Source: Octopus vulgaris (lineage: Eukaryota). From it: 64,000 nt of DNA. Made by a program: the position numbers and the translations under genes. Below, piece after piece: positions 41,020 to 56,581 of this stretch; the first letter of the stretch is position 1; every line of letters begins with the position of its first letter. Location of the stretch: assembly GCA_951406725.2 (NCBI GenBank), contig OX597826.1, forward strand, positions 41,912,001-41,976,000. The letters are read 5' to 3'. The notes under the pieces were generated by a model, which had not been told where the DNA came from, did no database searches, and saw nothing but the letters and a program-made list of their open reading frames with translations.

Positions 41020-41480
41020 CATTTATTTGCCACGTGGGCGAAAGATGAGGGGGACAATACAGACATAAAGTGTCGGGGTTTACATATGATAAATAAATAA
41101 ATAAATAAAAAGAAAAAAGAAAAATAGTATACATGTTATACATTGGGAAAGAAGAGACATATGCATAGCATACAGAGATACAGAAAAGTGGTGGGGAGGA
41201 TGATAGAGATGTGGCCCTCCTGATACAAGAGTGCCTCTAGGGATAATCGAGAAACCCCCACCGTCCGAGATTTCCCGGAAACCCCAGGAGCAAGTGCCCT
41301 CGCCAATTCCTTCTCTCCGACTCACAGGTCTACACTTAGAGAGGTACCATCTACTCTTGCCATTTTCGCAACTTTCACCCACCTCTCGATAAATTCACTC
41401 GAGGACAGCACTTCCCTATGCACTCTCAATTTCCTTTCCTAGTGAAACTTGAAAAAGTCAATGAGAGCCCTACCAAAGAG

Positions 41481-41482
<2 letters not shown>
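41020..41482 (-). pseudogene. Tx1/L1-like LINE 3' end in (TAA)n
   Basis: Minus strand ALIDFFKFH*ERKLRVHREVLSSSEFIERWVKV, then a pyrimidine-rich 3' region. Confidence 0.5.
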
Positions 41483-41549
<67 letters not shown>

Positions 41550-41550
<1 letters not shown>

Positions 41551-41953
41551 TCTTTCTAAATATTTTGCATAAGGCCAACGATTTTGAGGGGAGGTGTAAG
41601 TCGATTGCATCAACCCCAGTGCTCAAATGGTACTTATTTTATCGACTCCGAGAAGATAAAATCCAAAGTTGACCTCGGTGATATTTGATCTCGGAATAAC
41701 AATGACATAAAAAAAACCCAGAAATAATAATAACTATAATTCTTTCTATAAAAGGCACAAGACCTGAAATTGGGATGAGGTGGAGGGGACTAGTCGATTA
41801 TATCAACCCCAGTGTTTTTCACTGGTACTTAATTTATTGACCCCGAAAGGATGAAAGGCAAAGTAGACCACGGTGGAATTTGAACACAGAACGTAGAGAC
41901 GGACGAAATGCCGCTAAGCATTTGCTCGGCGTTCGAACGATTCAGCCAGCTCA
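41550..41953 (-). mobile_element. Two SINE family B copies (41550-41695 partial, 41740-41953)
   Basis: Repeated AGTCGATT..ACCCCAGTG..GGTACTTA.. Confidence 0.85.
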
Positions 41954-41954
41954 C

Positions 41955-42000
<46 letters not shown>

Positions 42001-43012
42001 TTCTTCCATGTGTTACCTATGTCATTAACATATTCGGAAGTGAGCGAATGTAGTTAAAGCACTTCCGGTGGCAAGATAGTGTCATATGTCCGACTAACAT
42101 ATTATGAGATACATTATTAACAGTTAGTCTTATGTTAAATGTTGGCCCAACTCTCAACATCAGCTTACTCGTTGCTACTATCCACTTTGAAAGATCGTAT
42201 TTCTCATTATCTTTATAGAGGTATTCACAGATATAGCGTGTAAATAATAGCAGGGATATTCTATCTCTCTCAGATAGCATACCATCCATCTTTTATCTAA
42301 ATACTACTGCAGTCGCAAATAATAACTGTTGCACACACACACACACACGTACGCACGCACACACAAGTGCCACTGATATTATGTTATATGAATCTTGCCA
42401 AATAGTTTTCCGAATTGGATTTAATTGAATTCCCCATGTAAAACGATTCTTTATTACAAATCTACTTGGTATTAACCTCAAGTACAGATATTCGATAAGT
42501 AGAGACACCCTCAACAATATCCCTTATCATTTGTTCAATATGTCAGGATTCTTGCTTGTTTTTACTATCTGTTGTCCCTGAAACTCAGTAATAGTGTTGA
42601 GCAGCTTCTCTTGCCTCAAACAGGATTCAGTGTGCCATCTGTCAACGCAGTTCATTGTGAGGAGCCTCATATTAGCAATCAAATTGTCACTAGTTTGTAT
42701 TCTGTTTCCAAGACTGCAGTAATCCTATGACCCTTACTCTTAAACAGTCCATTAAGAATAATTAGTCCTCGTAATTGTAAGTAATTGTACATTTATAACC
42801 TACAGTTAATAAAATCACCTTTATAACATCTCTTGGAATCATATAGAAAAGAGTTTGTGCCATCCAGAAGTGACATGATTATAGCACTGTGAGATCTCAG
42901 AAGTTGCTATTTTCTCTTGAAGAAATATAAAAGAATCTCGAGATGAATGCAGTGTATACTTTGAATCGAAATCTACAAAACACTAACCTCTAACATCGTC
43001 TGATTTATACCT

Positions 43013-43242
43013 ATTTCTTTACTACCCACAAGGGGCTAAACACAGAGGGGACAAACCAAAACAGACAAACGGACTAAGTCGATTATATCGACCCCAGTGC
43101 GTAACTGGTACTTATTTAATCGACCCCGAAAGGATGAAAGGCAAAGTCGACCTCGGCGGAATTTGAACTCAGAACGTAGCGGCAGACGAAAATACCGCTA
43201 AGCATTTCGCCCGGCGTGCAAACGTTCTGCCAGCTCACCGCT
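43013..43242 (-). mobile_element. SINE family B, young full-length copy with 19-bp TSD
   Basis: CATCGTCTGATTTATACCT at 42994-43012 and 43243-43261; B box GAGTTCAAATTCC. Confidence 0.95.
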
Positions 43243-43613
43243 CATCGTCTGATTTATACCTCTACTGAAATTGCGATTAAATGTGAATTTTCAAGGTTTG
43301 CAATGACGTTTGCGTGTTCTGATACGGCAGCTCCTGAATCAGTTCGCTGTCTTCAAAATATATAAGTAAATAAAAATCACAAGAGTTCGCCGTGTATTGG
43401 AAATAGAAAATAGTATAACACTGGGGCATATAACCGCCCCACTTCGACAGAAAATATATGGGTATTAGTACGCGTGGGAATCGAACCCACAACCCTTTAT
43501 TTTCGCGTTAAGTGTGCTGACCCATGCGCACAAATACCCAATATAATTTTCTCGGGGGATATGCCCCAATCTTAAACTATTTTCTATAGCCAATGTACAG
43601 TGAACTTAAGCTA

Positions 43614-43678
<65 letters not shown>

Positions 43679-44012
43679 ATTTACGCTACTGTACAGTAAA
43701 TTACAATATATAAATCAATGGTACAGTAAGACAGTGCGTCTGTCTATCTGTCTGGTTAACCTATCTTGCCACACATACCTCGATGTGAACCTTATTAAAA
43801 AATACTGAATTAATAAGTAACGAATCTAGTCCAGGTAATCCCTTGAAGGCACCACAATTTGGTAAGCTTCATCTCCTCTGAGTCATGATTATACTTTAGT
43901 CATTTTCTGCCATCGTCCATAATCCAGGTTAAGATTTGTCTCATCCGTTGTTCACTGCAAAGAGACCAGTGAAATTCTTAGATCTATGAATGGAAATAAC
44001 AAATATTAATGC

Positions 44013-44068
<56 letters not shown>

Positions 44069-44102
44069 TAATAACAACAATAAAAACAGCAACAACAATA
44101 TT

Positions 44103-44133
<31 letters not shown>

Positions 44134-44138
44134 TTATA

Positions 44139-44233
<95 letters not shown>

Positions 44234-44276
44234 TAATAATAATAATAAGAAGAAGAAGAAGAAGAAGAAGAAGAAT

Positions 44277-44999
<723 letters not shown>

Positions 45000-45438
45000 T
45001 TCATTTCAAATTTTGGCACAAGACCAGCAGTTTTGAGGAATGGTCTAAGTCGATTACATCGACCCCAGTTCTCACCTGATACTTATGTTATCAACCCCGA
45101 AAGGATCAAGGCAAAATAATAAGAACCCTTTGTTGAGAGGAATTCTTTGGAAGACACTGTTGTTTCGTTCGACATCCTTAAACAACCCTTATTCAGGGAC
45201 CTTTTGAGTGGGATGGACTGAAGAAAATTTTAGCTGGGCTCCACCTGCAAGGTCATTCGCTGTTAATCTTGATATGAAATCACTATGTCGCGCACACATA
45301 TGGCTGTGAGACATGAGCCTGGTGTACTTTTATCAGACGGGTAGTCCTGATGGGTATATTGGTTTTCGTATATTTTACCCCAGGGTCACTTTAATAGCAT
45401 GCACTGCTCTCTCTCTCTCCCTCTCTCTCTCTCTCATT

Positions 45439-45528
<90 letters not shown>

Positions 45529-45547
45529 TAATAATAATAACAATAAC

Positions 45548-45636
<89 letters not shown>

Positions 45637-46324
45637 TAATAATAATAATAATAATAATAACAATAATAATAATAACAGCAACCACGGCAACAACAACTGC
45701 AGCAGTAGTAACAACAACAACATAGGAACGAATTATAGCACAGTTTATATATGTAGTATTCAGATATTAATATAATGTACAACTTTTGACTTAGTACAAG
45801 GTTAAACATAAAAGATGCATTTAGGCTGCTATCTCAACTGAACAGCTCGCACAATCTATTATAATGTAAGTGGCTGAGTATTCCACAGACTCATGTTACG
45901 TCGACGTAAAATTCTTAAATAGAATCAGGGTGACACAGTGTGTGGAAAAGACTGAACTTCACAAATGAATTACACTTAAAGTTTATCTGATATGCTTCCG
46001 CACAGTTTCCTTCAAACTAATTTCTCTCACAATGTTTGCTTTCTTTGATCTAACTCAGAAACGTAAACACCAAAGCAATCAACTGGAGTTCAGCCACTTC
46101 CTTGAAACTCTAATCTCTACTTTGATTAATGACTAATGGAGAATCCATGATATTCTTTCAAGCTTTCCAAACTGTCAGCTGATCCAGATTCTATCGAAAC
46201 CCTCAAATACTCCTTAAAATGACTCAAACATCAACAGTCTTACTTCAAAAACTATCCTGAAAATCTAATCCATATGAGTCTGTGACCGCACATAGATCTT
46301 AAACATCGTATTAAAACAATAATA

Positions 46325-46573
46325 AATGCGCCCTTTTAAAGCCTAGCCTGGCTCATGGACCCGATTTACCGATTTGTAAGGCGTATGTGTTCCCCAGCTG
46401 GACGGGACGCCAGTCCATCGCAGCGTTGCTCATTTTTGCCAGCTGAGTGGACTGGAGCAACGTGAAATGAAGTGTTTTGCTCAAGAACACAACGTGTCGC
46501 CCGGTCCAGGAATCGAAACCACAATCTTACGCTCATGATGCTGACACCCTAACCACAAAGCCACGCGCCGCCA
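46325..46573 (-). mobile_element. SINE family D (tRNA head plus CORE/V-like centre)
   Basis: Minus strand GGCGCGTGGCTTTGTGG..GGTTTCGATTCC..GTGTTCTTGAGCAAAACACTT..GCGATGGACTGGCGTCCCGTCCAG. Confidence 0.8.
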
Positions 46574-47301
46574 CAAACATCATATTACATACAATTAATT
46601 GGCGAGACAGTTCACGTTGAATTTGAAAGAAGATAGCGAAGCCCTTTGAGCCATAAATTCGTATAGCTTTAGAATATGCTAGGTCAAATAACTTGCAGAG
46701 AGTAACTTCTCTGTAGGTGATATTCACACAGTACAACTTTGAGTTAGTCCATCCCACTGCAGGGCATTTTAACGGCAATTGGTAAGAGCGTGGAGTGAAA
46801 CCCAGCCACGAACATGATACAATGCGAGTGACATGATTTCACATGATACGACTTTTGAGTCGGACAATATGTCAAAGTTTAAACGATGCCTGATACTCAA
46901 CAGGCCCACTATCACGTACGTACATTCATACATATAGGCGCGCGTGTGTGTGTGTGTGTGTATAAGCGCGTGCGTGTAGGTGCGTGGCTTGGAGGGTAGG
47001 TGTTTTGCATTAAAAATCGTAAAGTTGTGACTTCGATTTCTGAACCGGGCGATGCTTGTGTTCTGCTGGCAAAAATATGCAATCCTGCAAACGTAATCCA
47101 GCGAAGGATAAACATGCCACAGAATCAAGAAAACTTAGTTTGTGAGCCAATGACTCTGGATAGGGCTTTTTGACCTCTTTTTGTTGATATATAAGCATAC
47201 ATACGTACATACAGACACACACACACACACACACACACTCCCATAAGCATATGTATATATACATTTATATCTACCTTCCTTTCTTTTTCTGTCTTTATCA
47301 T

Positions 47302-47351
<50 letters not shown>

Positions 47352-47505
47352 CAGAGAGAGAGAGAGAGAGAATCGATTTCTTCGACTAAAGGCGGTGCTC
47401 CAGTATGTCCGCAGTCACATGACCGAAACAAGTAAAAGAATATATGTATATAAGTTTATATATATATGTGTGTGTGTATGTACATATATATATATGTATA
47501 TATAA

Positions 47506-47555
<50 letters not shown>

Positions 47556-47572
47556 ATATATATATATATATA

Positions 47573-47984
47573 TACTCTTTACTGTTTTACTTGTTTCAGT
47601 CATGTAACTGTGGCCATGCTGGAGCACCGCCTTTAGTCGAGCAAATCGACCCCAGAACTTATTCTTTGTAAGCCTAGTACTTATTCTATCGTTCTTTTTT
47701 GCCGAACCGCTATGTTACAGGGACCTAAACACACCAGCATCGGTTGTCAAGCAATGTTGGGGGAGACAAACACAGACACACAAACATATACACACACATA
47801 CATATATATATACATATATACGACGGGCTTCTTTCAGTTTCCGTCTACCAAATCCACTCACAAGGCATTGGTCGGCCCGAGGCTATAGTGGAAGACAGTT
47901 GCCCAAGTTGCCACGCAGTGGGACTGAACCGGGAACCATGTGGTTCGTAAGCATGCTACTTACCACACAGCCACTCCCACGCCT
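47573..47984 (-). mobile_element. SINE family A, full length
   Basis: Homology to 2194-2598. Confidence 0.9.
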
Positions 47985-48001
47985 TATAGATAGATAGGTA
48001 A

Positions 48002-48068
<67 letters not shown>

Positions 48069-48113
48069 TACATGTATATATATATATATACATACATATA
48101 CATATGTGTATAT

Positions 48114-48165
<52 letters not shown>

Positions 48166-48793
48166 ATATACACACATAAGTATACACTCATACACACACT
48201 TCATGTATATATTTTTATGTTAATAAATATACATGAAAGAGTCTCACGAACGTAAGACAGTTAGGTGAAAAACCCCAATTAACCTAGTTTATCCTTGTAG
48301 TTAGAATACAAGAACTCCCTGTTGGGGGGTTTTCAAATCTAAAAATAACAAAAGAAAAGAGGACATTATTGGCATTATCTCTTTTGCTTGTTGTGTTTAG
48401 ATTTTAAATGCCCCAGAGGGAGATTTTGTCTTCTCGTCGCAATGATAATCTCAGTTAATTGAATATTTTCAACTCTCTATGTTACATATGTGAGATTTAT
48501 CTGAGTACATGTCTATAACACACACACACACACACACACACACCACACACACGCAACACACACCCATACACACGCACACACACACACATACATATAAACA
48601 TGTATGTTCATATACATGTTCGTAGGTATATATATATATATTTATATACATACATATGTATATATATTTATATATATATACATATGTATATATATATTTA
48701 TATATATACATATGTATATATACATATATATACTCGGAAATGGATGCAATCAATCAAATAATATAAATATATAGATATATATATATATATATG

Positions 48794-48830
<37 letters not shown>

Positions 48831-48908
48831 TATATTATTATGTATACATATATATATACATATATATATACATATGTATATATACATACTTATATATATA
48901 TATATACA

Positions 48909-48981
<73 letters not shown>

Positions 48982-49179
48982 GGAGAAAGCGAGAGGGGGA
49001 GAAGGAGTGAGAGAAAGGGAAAGAATGAACGAAAGAAAGAAGGGGAGAATACACAGGATTTGGAAGTCTTTAAGCATACCCTCATGACATTATATGAAAT
49101 ATTAGGGTATTTGCTTAAAGTTTCTATATGTGACCTACTCTGTCTATCTATCTATCTATCTATCTACCTGTCTATCTAC

Positions 49180-49213
<34 letters not shown>

Positions 49214-49234
49214 GTCTATCTATCTCTCTGTCTG

Positions 49235-49305
<71 letters not shown>

Positions 49306-49850
49306 GTCTATCAGTCTGTCTGTCTTTCTAACTATGTATGCATGCATATACGTATAACCGTTCATGCATATGATGGATAAGGTAACAAAATTGCTAATAA
49401 TAAATCTGTTTCCTCAATTTATTTCGTAATTTCCTTTGCCTCCATGGGACCGTTATACTTGGATCACATTAATATGTTTGGTAAAAGCATGAATGCCACT
49501 TACTCAAATTTTTTCTTTCTTTTTCTTCAATTAAACACTTCATGCTTCTGAGAGTAGGAAATCATTTCCTTCCTACATACTTTTGCTTACTTGAACAACA
49601 CAGCTACCCATATGCATATCAAATCAACTTGTCCCCAAAAGCGACGCACAAACACGGTCACACACCCACACATGCTCACACAGTCATGTACATATATATA
49701 TAATATATATAATACACACACCCACACACACATATATATATATATATCTTATACATATGTAAATGTGTGCGCATCTATACTTGCATATATCTGTATGTAT
49801 ATACGTAGGTATTTATTTGCATATAGTCGTAAAAAAATATGTATATATTA

Positions 49851-50700
49851 TATTGGGTCATTTCATAAATAATGCTGCATTTTATACTTATATTTCTCAA
49901 ACTTAAGATAAACAAAGTTCTTTTTTAATGTAAAATATACTGTCCTTCATTTTCTACGATGCTCTTCCATCTATCTGGTAGACTTACAAGGCCACTCTTC
50001 CAAAATTCACTTATCTGTGACAAAAAAATACTCCTCCACTACTGTTCTGACCTCGTCTACAGGATTCATATATTTTCTGTCCAAATGATTGTGAAAACTG
50101 TGGAATAAATGATAATCAGATGTGGTTAATGTCCAGCGAATATGGTGAGTGGAGAATCGTTTCCCATTCAAAATGCTCCAGCCTTAGGAATGTCATTCTT
50201 GTTGCAGGTGACTGACCATTATCCTGATGGAAGAACACCTTTCGTTTCGAAACCAAATGAGCATTATCTTGATGGAAGAACACCTTTCGTCTTGAAACCA
50301 AAGATGGTGATTTTCCTTCTAGCGCCGACTTGAACTACCGGTTGAATGATCAAATCCAAGCTTCTCTGCTAGTTCCTCAACAGTTACGATGAGATTTTGT
50401 TCCACCAGCGTTTGCAAGATGTCCTCGTCGAGCTCTACAAATCTTTCAGGACGAGGCTCGTCTTCTAGGCTGTAGTTTCCAGCTCGGAATTTCTGTAATC
50501 ACCGTTGACATTGCCTTACGCTTATTGACCGAACCCCAAATACTGCGTTAATATTCCTCACACTTTCCGTTGCATTGTTGTCTTTATTGAACTCATTAAG
50601 CAAAACATGCAGAATACGCTCCTTTTTCACTTCTATTATAGCTTTGAAATCGAACTGCACCCTTCAAATCTAGCACTAAGAATTAGTACAAGGAAAAATT
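49851..50700 (-). mobile_element. Internally deleted mariner element
   Basis: Minus strand has N-terminal QKFRAGNYSLEDEPRP..TVEELAEKLG, then FFHQDN..WETILHSPYSLD (mariner YSPDL motif); TATTGGGTCATT.CATAAATAATG TIR-like end. Confidence 0.85.
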
Positions 50701-50773
50701 ACTACCTGCTTTTATAGCAAGTTGATGCAGGTAGTTTATACCATCCCCCTTCGACTTTTAGTTCATCATATAA

Positions 50774-50805
<32 letters not shown>

Positions 50806-50830
50806 ATCGCTTCCTGGCCGAACCACTGAA

Positions 50831-51140
50831 GTGGCAGTGTGGTAAGAAGCTAGCTTCCCAACCACATGTTTCCAGGTTCAATCTACTGCGTGGTACCTTG
50901 GGTAAATGTCTTCTACTATAGCCTCGAGCCGACCGGAGTCTCGTGAGTGGATTTGGTAGACAGAAACTGAAAGATGGCCGTCGTAGTATATATGTGTGTG
51001 TGTGTATTTGTGTATCTGTGTTTGTCACCCCACTGTCGCTTGAGACCGATGTTGGTGTGCTTACGTCCCCTAACTTAGTGGTTCGGCAAAAGATACCGAT
51101 AGATTAAGTACTAGGCTTACAAAGAATAAGCACTGGGTCG
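50831..51140 (+). mobile_element. SINE family A, 3'-truncated
   Basis: GTGGCAGTGTGGTAAGAAGC..AAGTACTAGGCTTACAAAGAATAAG. Confidence 0.85.
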
Positions 51141-51281
51141 ATATATATGTATGTATGCATCTATGCTATATATATATAATATTTAATTGGAAATTTGGTT
51201 GTACACACACACATTTCTGTAAATTACTTCTTAAAATTTTATATATATATATAAGTACACATGCATATATTTTGTATGTAT

Positions 51282-51329
<48 letters not shown>

Positions 51330-51383
51330 TTATGTATGTATATATATGCAATATATATATAAACGTGTATATATGTCTATACA

Positions 51384-51423
<40 letters not shown>

Positions 51424-51504
51424 GCAGTATATATATATATAACGTTTAGCCAAAAAATAGTATATATTTAGTAAAAAAGGTCTAAAGTCTATCTATCTAT
51501 CTAT

Positions 51505-51589
<85 letters not shown>

Positions 51590-51590
51590 T

Positions 51591-51813
51591 ATTCTTTTAA
51601 TTCTTTTATTCGTTTCAGTCATTTAGCTGCGGTCATGCTGGAGCACCATCTTTGTCGAAATAATCAACACCAAGGCTTATTCTTTGCAAGCTTGGTACTT
51701 AATCGAGCGATCTTTCGCCGAACCGCTAAGTTACGGGGACGTAAACACACCAGCATCGGTTGTCAAGCGATGGTGGAGGGGACAGACGCAAACACACACA
51801 AATAAGTATATAC

Positions 51814-51869
<56 letters not shown>

Positions 51870-52000
51870 GACAGGCTTCTTTCAGTTTCCGTCCCCTGAA
51901 TCCACTCCAAAAGCTTTTGTCGACCCGAGGCTATAGTAGAAGACACTTGCCCAAGTTGCCACACAGTAGGATGGAACCTGGAACCATGTAGTTGCGAAGT
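51591..52000 (-). mobile_element. SINE family A
   Basis: Homology to other copies. Confidence 0.88.
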
Positions 52001-52019
52001 TGTACTATACATTAAAAAT

Positions 52020-52094
<75 letters not shown>

Positions 52095-52097
52095 TAC

Positions 52098-52139
<42 letters not shown>

Positions 52140-52240
52140 TATATGAGAATGGAGAAACATACTTAAATCAATAAAGGCATCCTAATTCCGGGAATAAGGA
52201 GTTTATGAGATTTCTCAACCCGAATATCTCATTTTTACTC

Positions 52241-52295
<55 letters not shown>

Positions 52296-52540
52296 TATAT
52301 GTATATATATGAGCAGGCTTAAAATGACTAAGATGCTGTGTAGGTATGTGCGTAACTGTGTGGTGTATTTGTGTCAGCTTGTGGGTGTATGCGCGTGCGT
52401 ATCTGTGTGTCTGTGTATGCATGTGTTGTCTATGTGTATGTGGAAGTTGGTGAAGCTATTTCCTACATTTATCTTCCACCTGTTCCGGGTTTTCGATATT
52501 TCACTCGAGGTCGGTAGCTGCTCTTTTGTGCCTACACACG

Positions 52541-52589
<49 letters not shown>

Positions 52590-52744
52590 TATATACATAC
52601 ATACAAATATGTGCGTTGACTGCAGCATCAGAGAACTTTAGCTCTTATTTCTAGCATTGTAGGCGTTCTGACACCCTGTCATATTTGGTGACATTTATAG
52701 TTTTCTTTTATGGTGATACATGCATCACCAAATATAGATGCCTA

Positions 52745-52886
<142 letters not shown>

Positions 52887-52904
52887 CACATATATGTGTA
52901 TGTA

Positions 52905-52945
<41 letters not shown>

Positions 52946-52958
52946 CTCTCTCTATATA

Positions 52959-53036
<78 letters not shown>

Positions 53037-53043
<7 letters not shown>

Positions 53044-53206
53044 ATTACTTTATATAATTAAAGTTCAGCAAAAAAAATTGCTTTACTACACACCGAACTT
53101 TTAGAAATAGCAGCCAAAGAATTTAGCTATTTCCACTACTAAAAGTTCGGTGTGTGGTAAAGCAGTTTTTTTTGCTGAACCCTAATTATATAAATTAATG
53201 TTTATA
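53037..53206. repeat. Imperfect ~70-bp foldback abutting (TA)n
   Basis: GTTCAGCAAAAAAAATTGCTTTACTACACACCGAACTTTTAG / CTAAAAGTTCGGTGTGTGGTAAAGCAGTTTTTTTTGCTGAAC. Confidence 0.9.
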
Positions 53207-53302
53207 CTTACCGTAAATGGTCCTTTTACATACTGAACACTGCTTGGTAAAATTATTAATTACTAATTAATTAATTCATTTTACTCTTATTATTATTGAC
53301 TA

Positions 53303-53511
53303 TCTCTTTTCTCTTTTACTTGTTTCAGTCATTTGACTGCGGCATGCTGACACCACCTTTAGTCGAGCAAATCAACCCCGGGATTTATTCTTTGTAAGCC
53401 CAGTACTTATTCTATCGGTCTCTTTTTGCCGAACCGCTAAGCGACAGGGACGTAAACACACCAGCATCGGTTGTCAAGCAATGCTAGGGGGACAAACACA
53501 CATACACAAAC

Positions 53512-53556
<45 letters not shown>

Positions 53557-53709
53557 CGACAGGCTTCTTTCAGTTTCTGTCTACCAAATCCACTCACAAG
53601 GCATTTGTCAGCCCGGGGCTATAGCAGAAGACACTTGCCCAAGATGCCACGCAGTGGGACTGAACCCGGAACCATGTGGTTGGTTAGCAAGCTACTTACC
53701 ACACAGCCA
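53303..53709 (-). mobile_element. SINE family A, full length
   Basis: Homology to 8161-8576. Confidence 0.9.
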
Positions 53710-53880
53710 TATATTTATATTTGTGTGTGTATATATGCATATCATTTGTGTATACATTTTGTGTAGGTGTATTCGTATTCTTGTGTTTCTCTACATGTCA
53801 TTGCATACGTGCGTAATATATTATTGCTTACGCATGATTGTGACCACTTCGTGCATGTTTGTGTGTGTATGTGTGGTGTA

Positions 53881-53926
<46 letters not shown>

Positions 53927-54309
53927 TGGGTGTATGTGTGCTTATCGCGTTTATAAATTCGTGTAAACTGTCATATACACATAAAATTTATCTATGTATT
54001 ATTGTACATATTTCTGTATCTATGCGTGTGTGTATGCATGTTTAGTGTGTATGCGTGAGTGTATATGTGTAATGTTGTGTATGAGCATATCTATCTATAC
54101 TTGTTTGTCTGTGTAAGTGTTTGCCGTTGAGCGTGTGTGTGTGAGTGTGTGTGTGTATGTGTTTGTGTGTGTGTGCGCGCGCTTCTATAGGATTGACGGT
54201 GTAAGTTATACAACTATTAGCAGATATGTACAGACAGACAGGCAACTCCATAGATTGATAGAAATATCTAGAAACATACATACAAATCAGAATGACAAGA
54301 CAGATAGAC

Positions 54310-54376
<67 letters not shown>

Positions 54377-54447
54377 CAGTCAGACAGAGATAGATAGATA
54401 GATAGATAGACAGTCAGACAGAGATAGATAGATAGACAGACAGATAT

Positions 54448-54488
<41 letters not shown>

Positions 54489-54495
54489 CAGAAAT

Positions 54496-54546
<51 letters not shown>

Positions 54547-54642
54547 GAGAGTGAGAATGTGCGGAAGTGAAAGACTGACAGTTGGGCAACAAACCCTAGA
54601 TATGTGTGCGCGCGTGTGTATTTATGTGTGTACACGCATAAA

Positions 54643-54677
<35 letters not shown>

Positions 54678-55080
54678 GTGTGTGTGTGTGTGTAGGAAGA
54701 GAGAGTGAGCGAGTGATAGACAGAGAAAGAGAGAGATAGAGAGGTAGAGAGAGAGAAATAGCCAAACTGACAGACGGAAGAGTGTTTTGTTGTTTTTGTT
54801 TTTGTTGTTTTGTTTTTTTTTGGTGGCGGTGATGGTGGTGTTTGTAGCGAAGGAGAGATACGGAGAGACAATGGTGAGCGGGCCTCGACTAGTGAGGAAA
54901 TGACACGGTAAAGAGACAGTACAGCTACTTATATAGTGGCTATTTATAACTCAACCCATTTTGGAAATATGAGAGCACAGTTTAGCAATATTCAGTCTTT
55001 ATCGTGCATAACACACCAACCAGTAATCTCGGTAAACATAACATCCTCCTCCTCCTGCCCTTCTACTCTGTCTCTCTCCC

Positions 55081-55174
55081 TGTCTCTAAACCTGCCTCCT
55101 CCCACTCCTCTCGTTCTGTCTGCCTCTCTCTTTGTCTCTAAACCTGCCTCCTCCCACTCCTCTCGTTCTGTCTG

Positions 55175-55175
<1 letters not shown>
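55081..55175. repeat. 43-bp direct duplication
   Basis: TGTCTCTAAACCTGCCTCCTCCCACTCCTCTCGTTCTGTCTGC x2. Confidence 0.9.
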
Positions 55176-55240
<65 letters not shown>

Positions 55241-55355
55241 TATTTTCTTTTTCTTCTCGTTTCAATTCTGTTTCGTTTCCTTCTTAATATCTATTCTTTT
55301 TAGTTTGTATTTCAATCTTCTTTGCCTTTCTCTTTCTCCCCTCTCTCTCTCTCTG

Positions 55356-55389
<34 letters not shown>

Positions 55390-55728
55390 CTTATGCACAC
55401 ACGTAAACACACATACATACACGCATAAACACTTACAAGCACATAACCTATAGTGTGGATAAGTTTACATGTATAAATGTGTGGGTATGCACACACACAC
55501 ACACACACACACATATGTGTGTGTTTCTTTCCTTCTTTCTGCTTTCTTCATATCATCTTTCTCTTTTTATTGTTCTCACTCATCTCTCTCTCTCCCTGTC
55601 CCTGCCTGGCTCTCTCTCTCACTCTCTCACACGCACACACACAGACACTTGTATGATACATAAACTTTTAGATATGCATACATGCAAGGATAGGACATGA
55701 AACATTGTACCTACATACATTACATGCA

Positions 55729-55789
<61 letters not shown>

Positions 55790-55813
55790 TATATATTTAT
55801 ATATACATATATA

Positions 55814-55919
<106 letters not shown>

Positions 55920-55932
55920 TTATATATTTACA

Positions 55933-56120
55933 AGGCGCAATATATTAGCAGCGGACTTGCGTCGGAGGATATTCCCAGACCGGGCGTTGTGTGTGTTTAT
56001 TGAGCGAAAGCACCTAAAAGCTCCACGAGGCTCCGGCAGAGGTGGTGATCCCTGCTGTACTCTTTCACCACTCTAAAAGGCGGTGCTCCAGCATCCAGTC
56101 AAATGACTGAAACAAGTACA
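55933..56120 (+). mobile_element. SINE family C head joined to a family A tail
   Basis: Family C sequence runs to CTCTTTCACCAC, then CTAAAAGGCGGTGCTCCAGCAT..GACTGAAACAAGTA. Confidence 0.75.
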
Positions 56121-56499
56121 GAAAAAAGAAAAAATATGTTATATGTACATAAACATGTATCAATATATATATACATACATATATGAATATATATATGTAC
56201 ATATATACATATATACACACACACACTCACACCTATGTAGATATGTACGATCAAGTGATCCAGGTGTGGAAAGTTAGTATGCTTCGAGCATGTATGCAGC
56301 TGGTATAAATGACAAAAGTTGGACAGTATGCAATAAAATGAGTTTATTAACATCGTACTTTTCACACCTCGTCCCATATTAAAATCAAAAGAAATTCGAT
56401 AAGCTGTCAATCAACGTTCAACTCATAGTTTAGCAAGTTAAGTTGCTAAAAATGTGAGTAAAAATTTAAGAAATTAAGGAATGGAAAAGATTAACTACG

Positions 56500-56581
56500 G
56501 ACTACGACCGTTTCATAGCAAGGCAATCCTTGTTATTTAAGTTGTAGCATACACAGAACCAGCTAAGTTAATCTTCAGGTC
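56500..56581 (-). ncRNA. Type I hammerhead ribozyme motif (same type as 26514)
   Basis: Minus strand GAC-CTGAAGA-TT..CTAT-GAAA-CGGTCG-TA-GTC; stem II weak. Confidence 0.6.

Noticed and set aside
43460-43535. tRNA-like GGTTCGATTCCC on the - strand
   Set aside because: No cloverleaf could be built; probably a SINE-type head
50221-50300. CTGATGG..CGAAAC motif in a ~45-bp duplication
   Set aside because: It is the antisense of mariner coding sequence (FFHQDN) and the core is non-canonical
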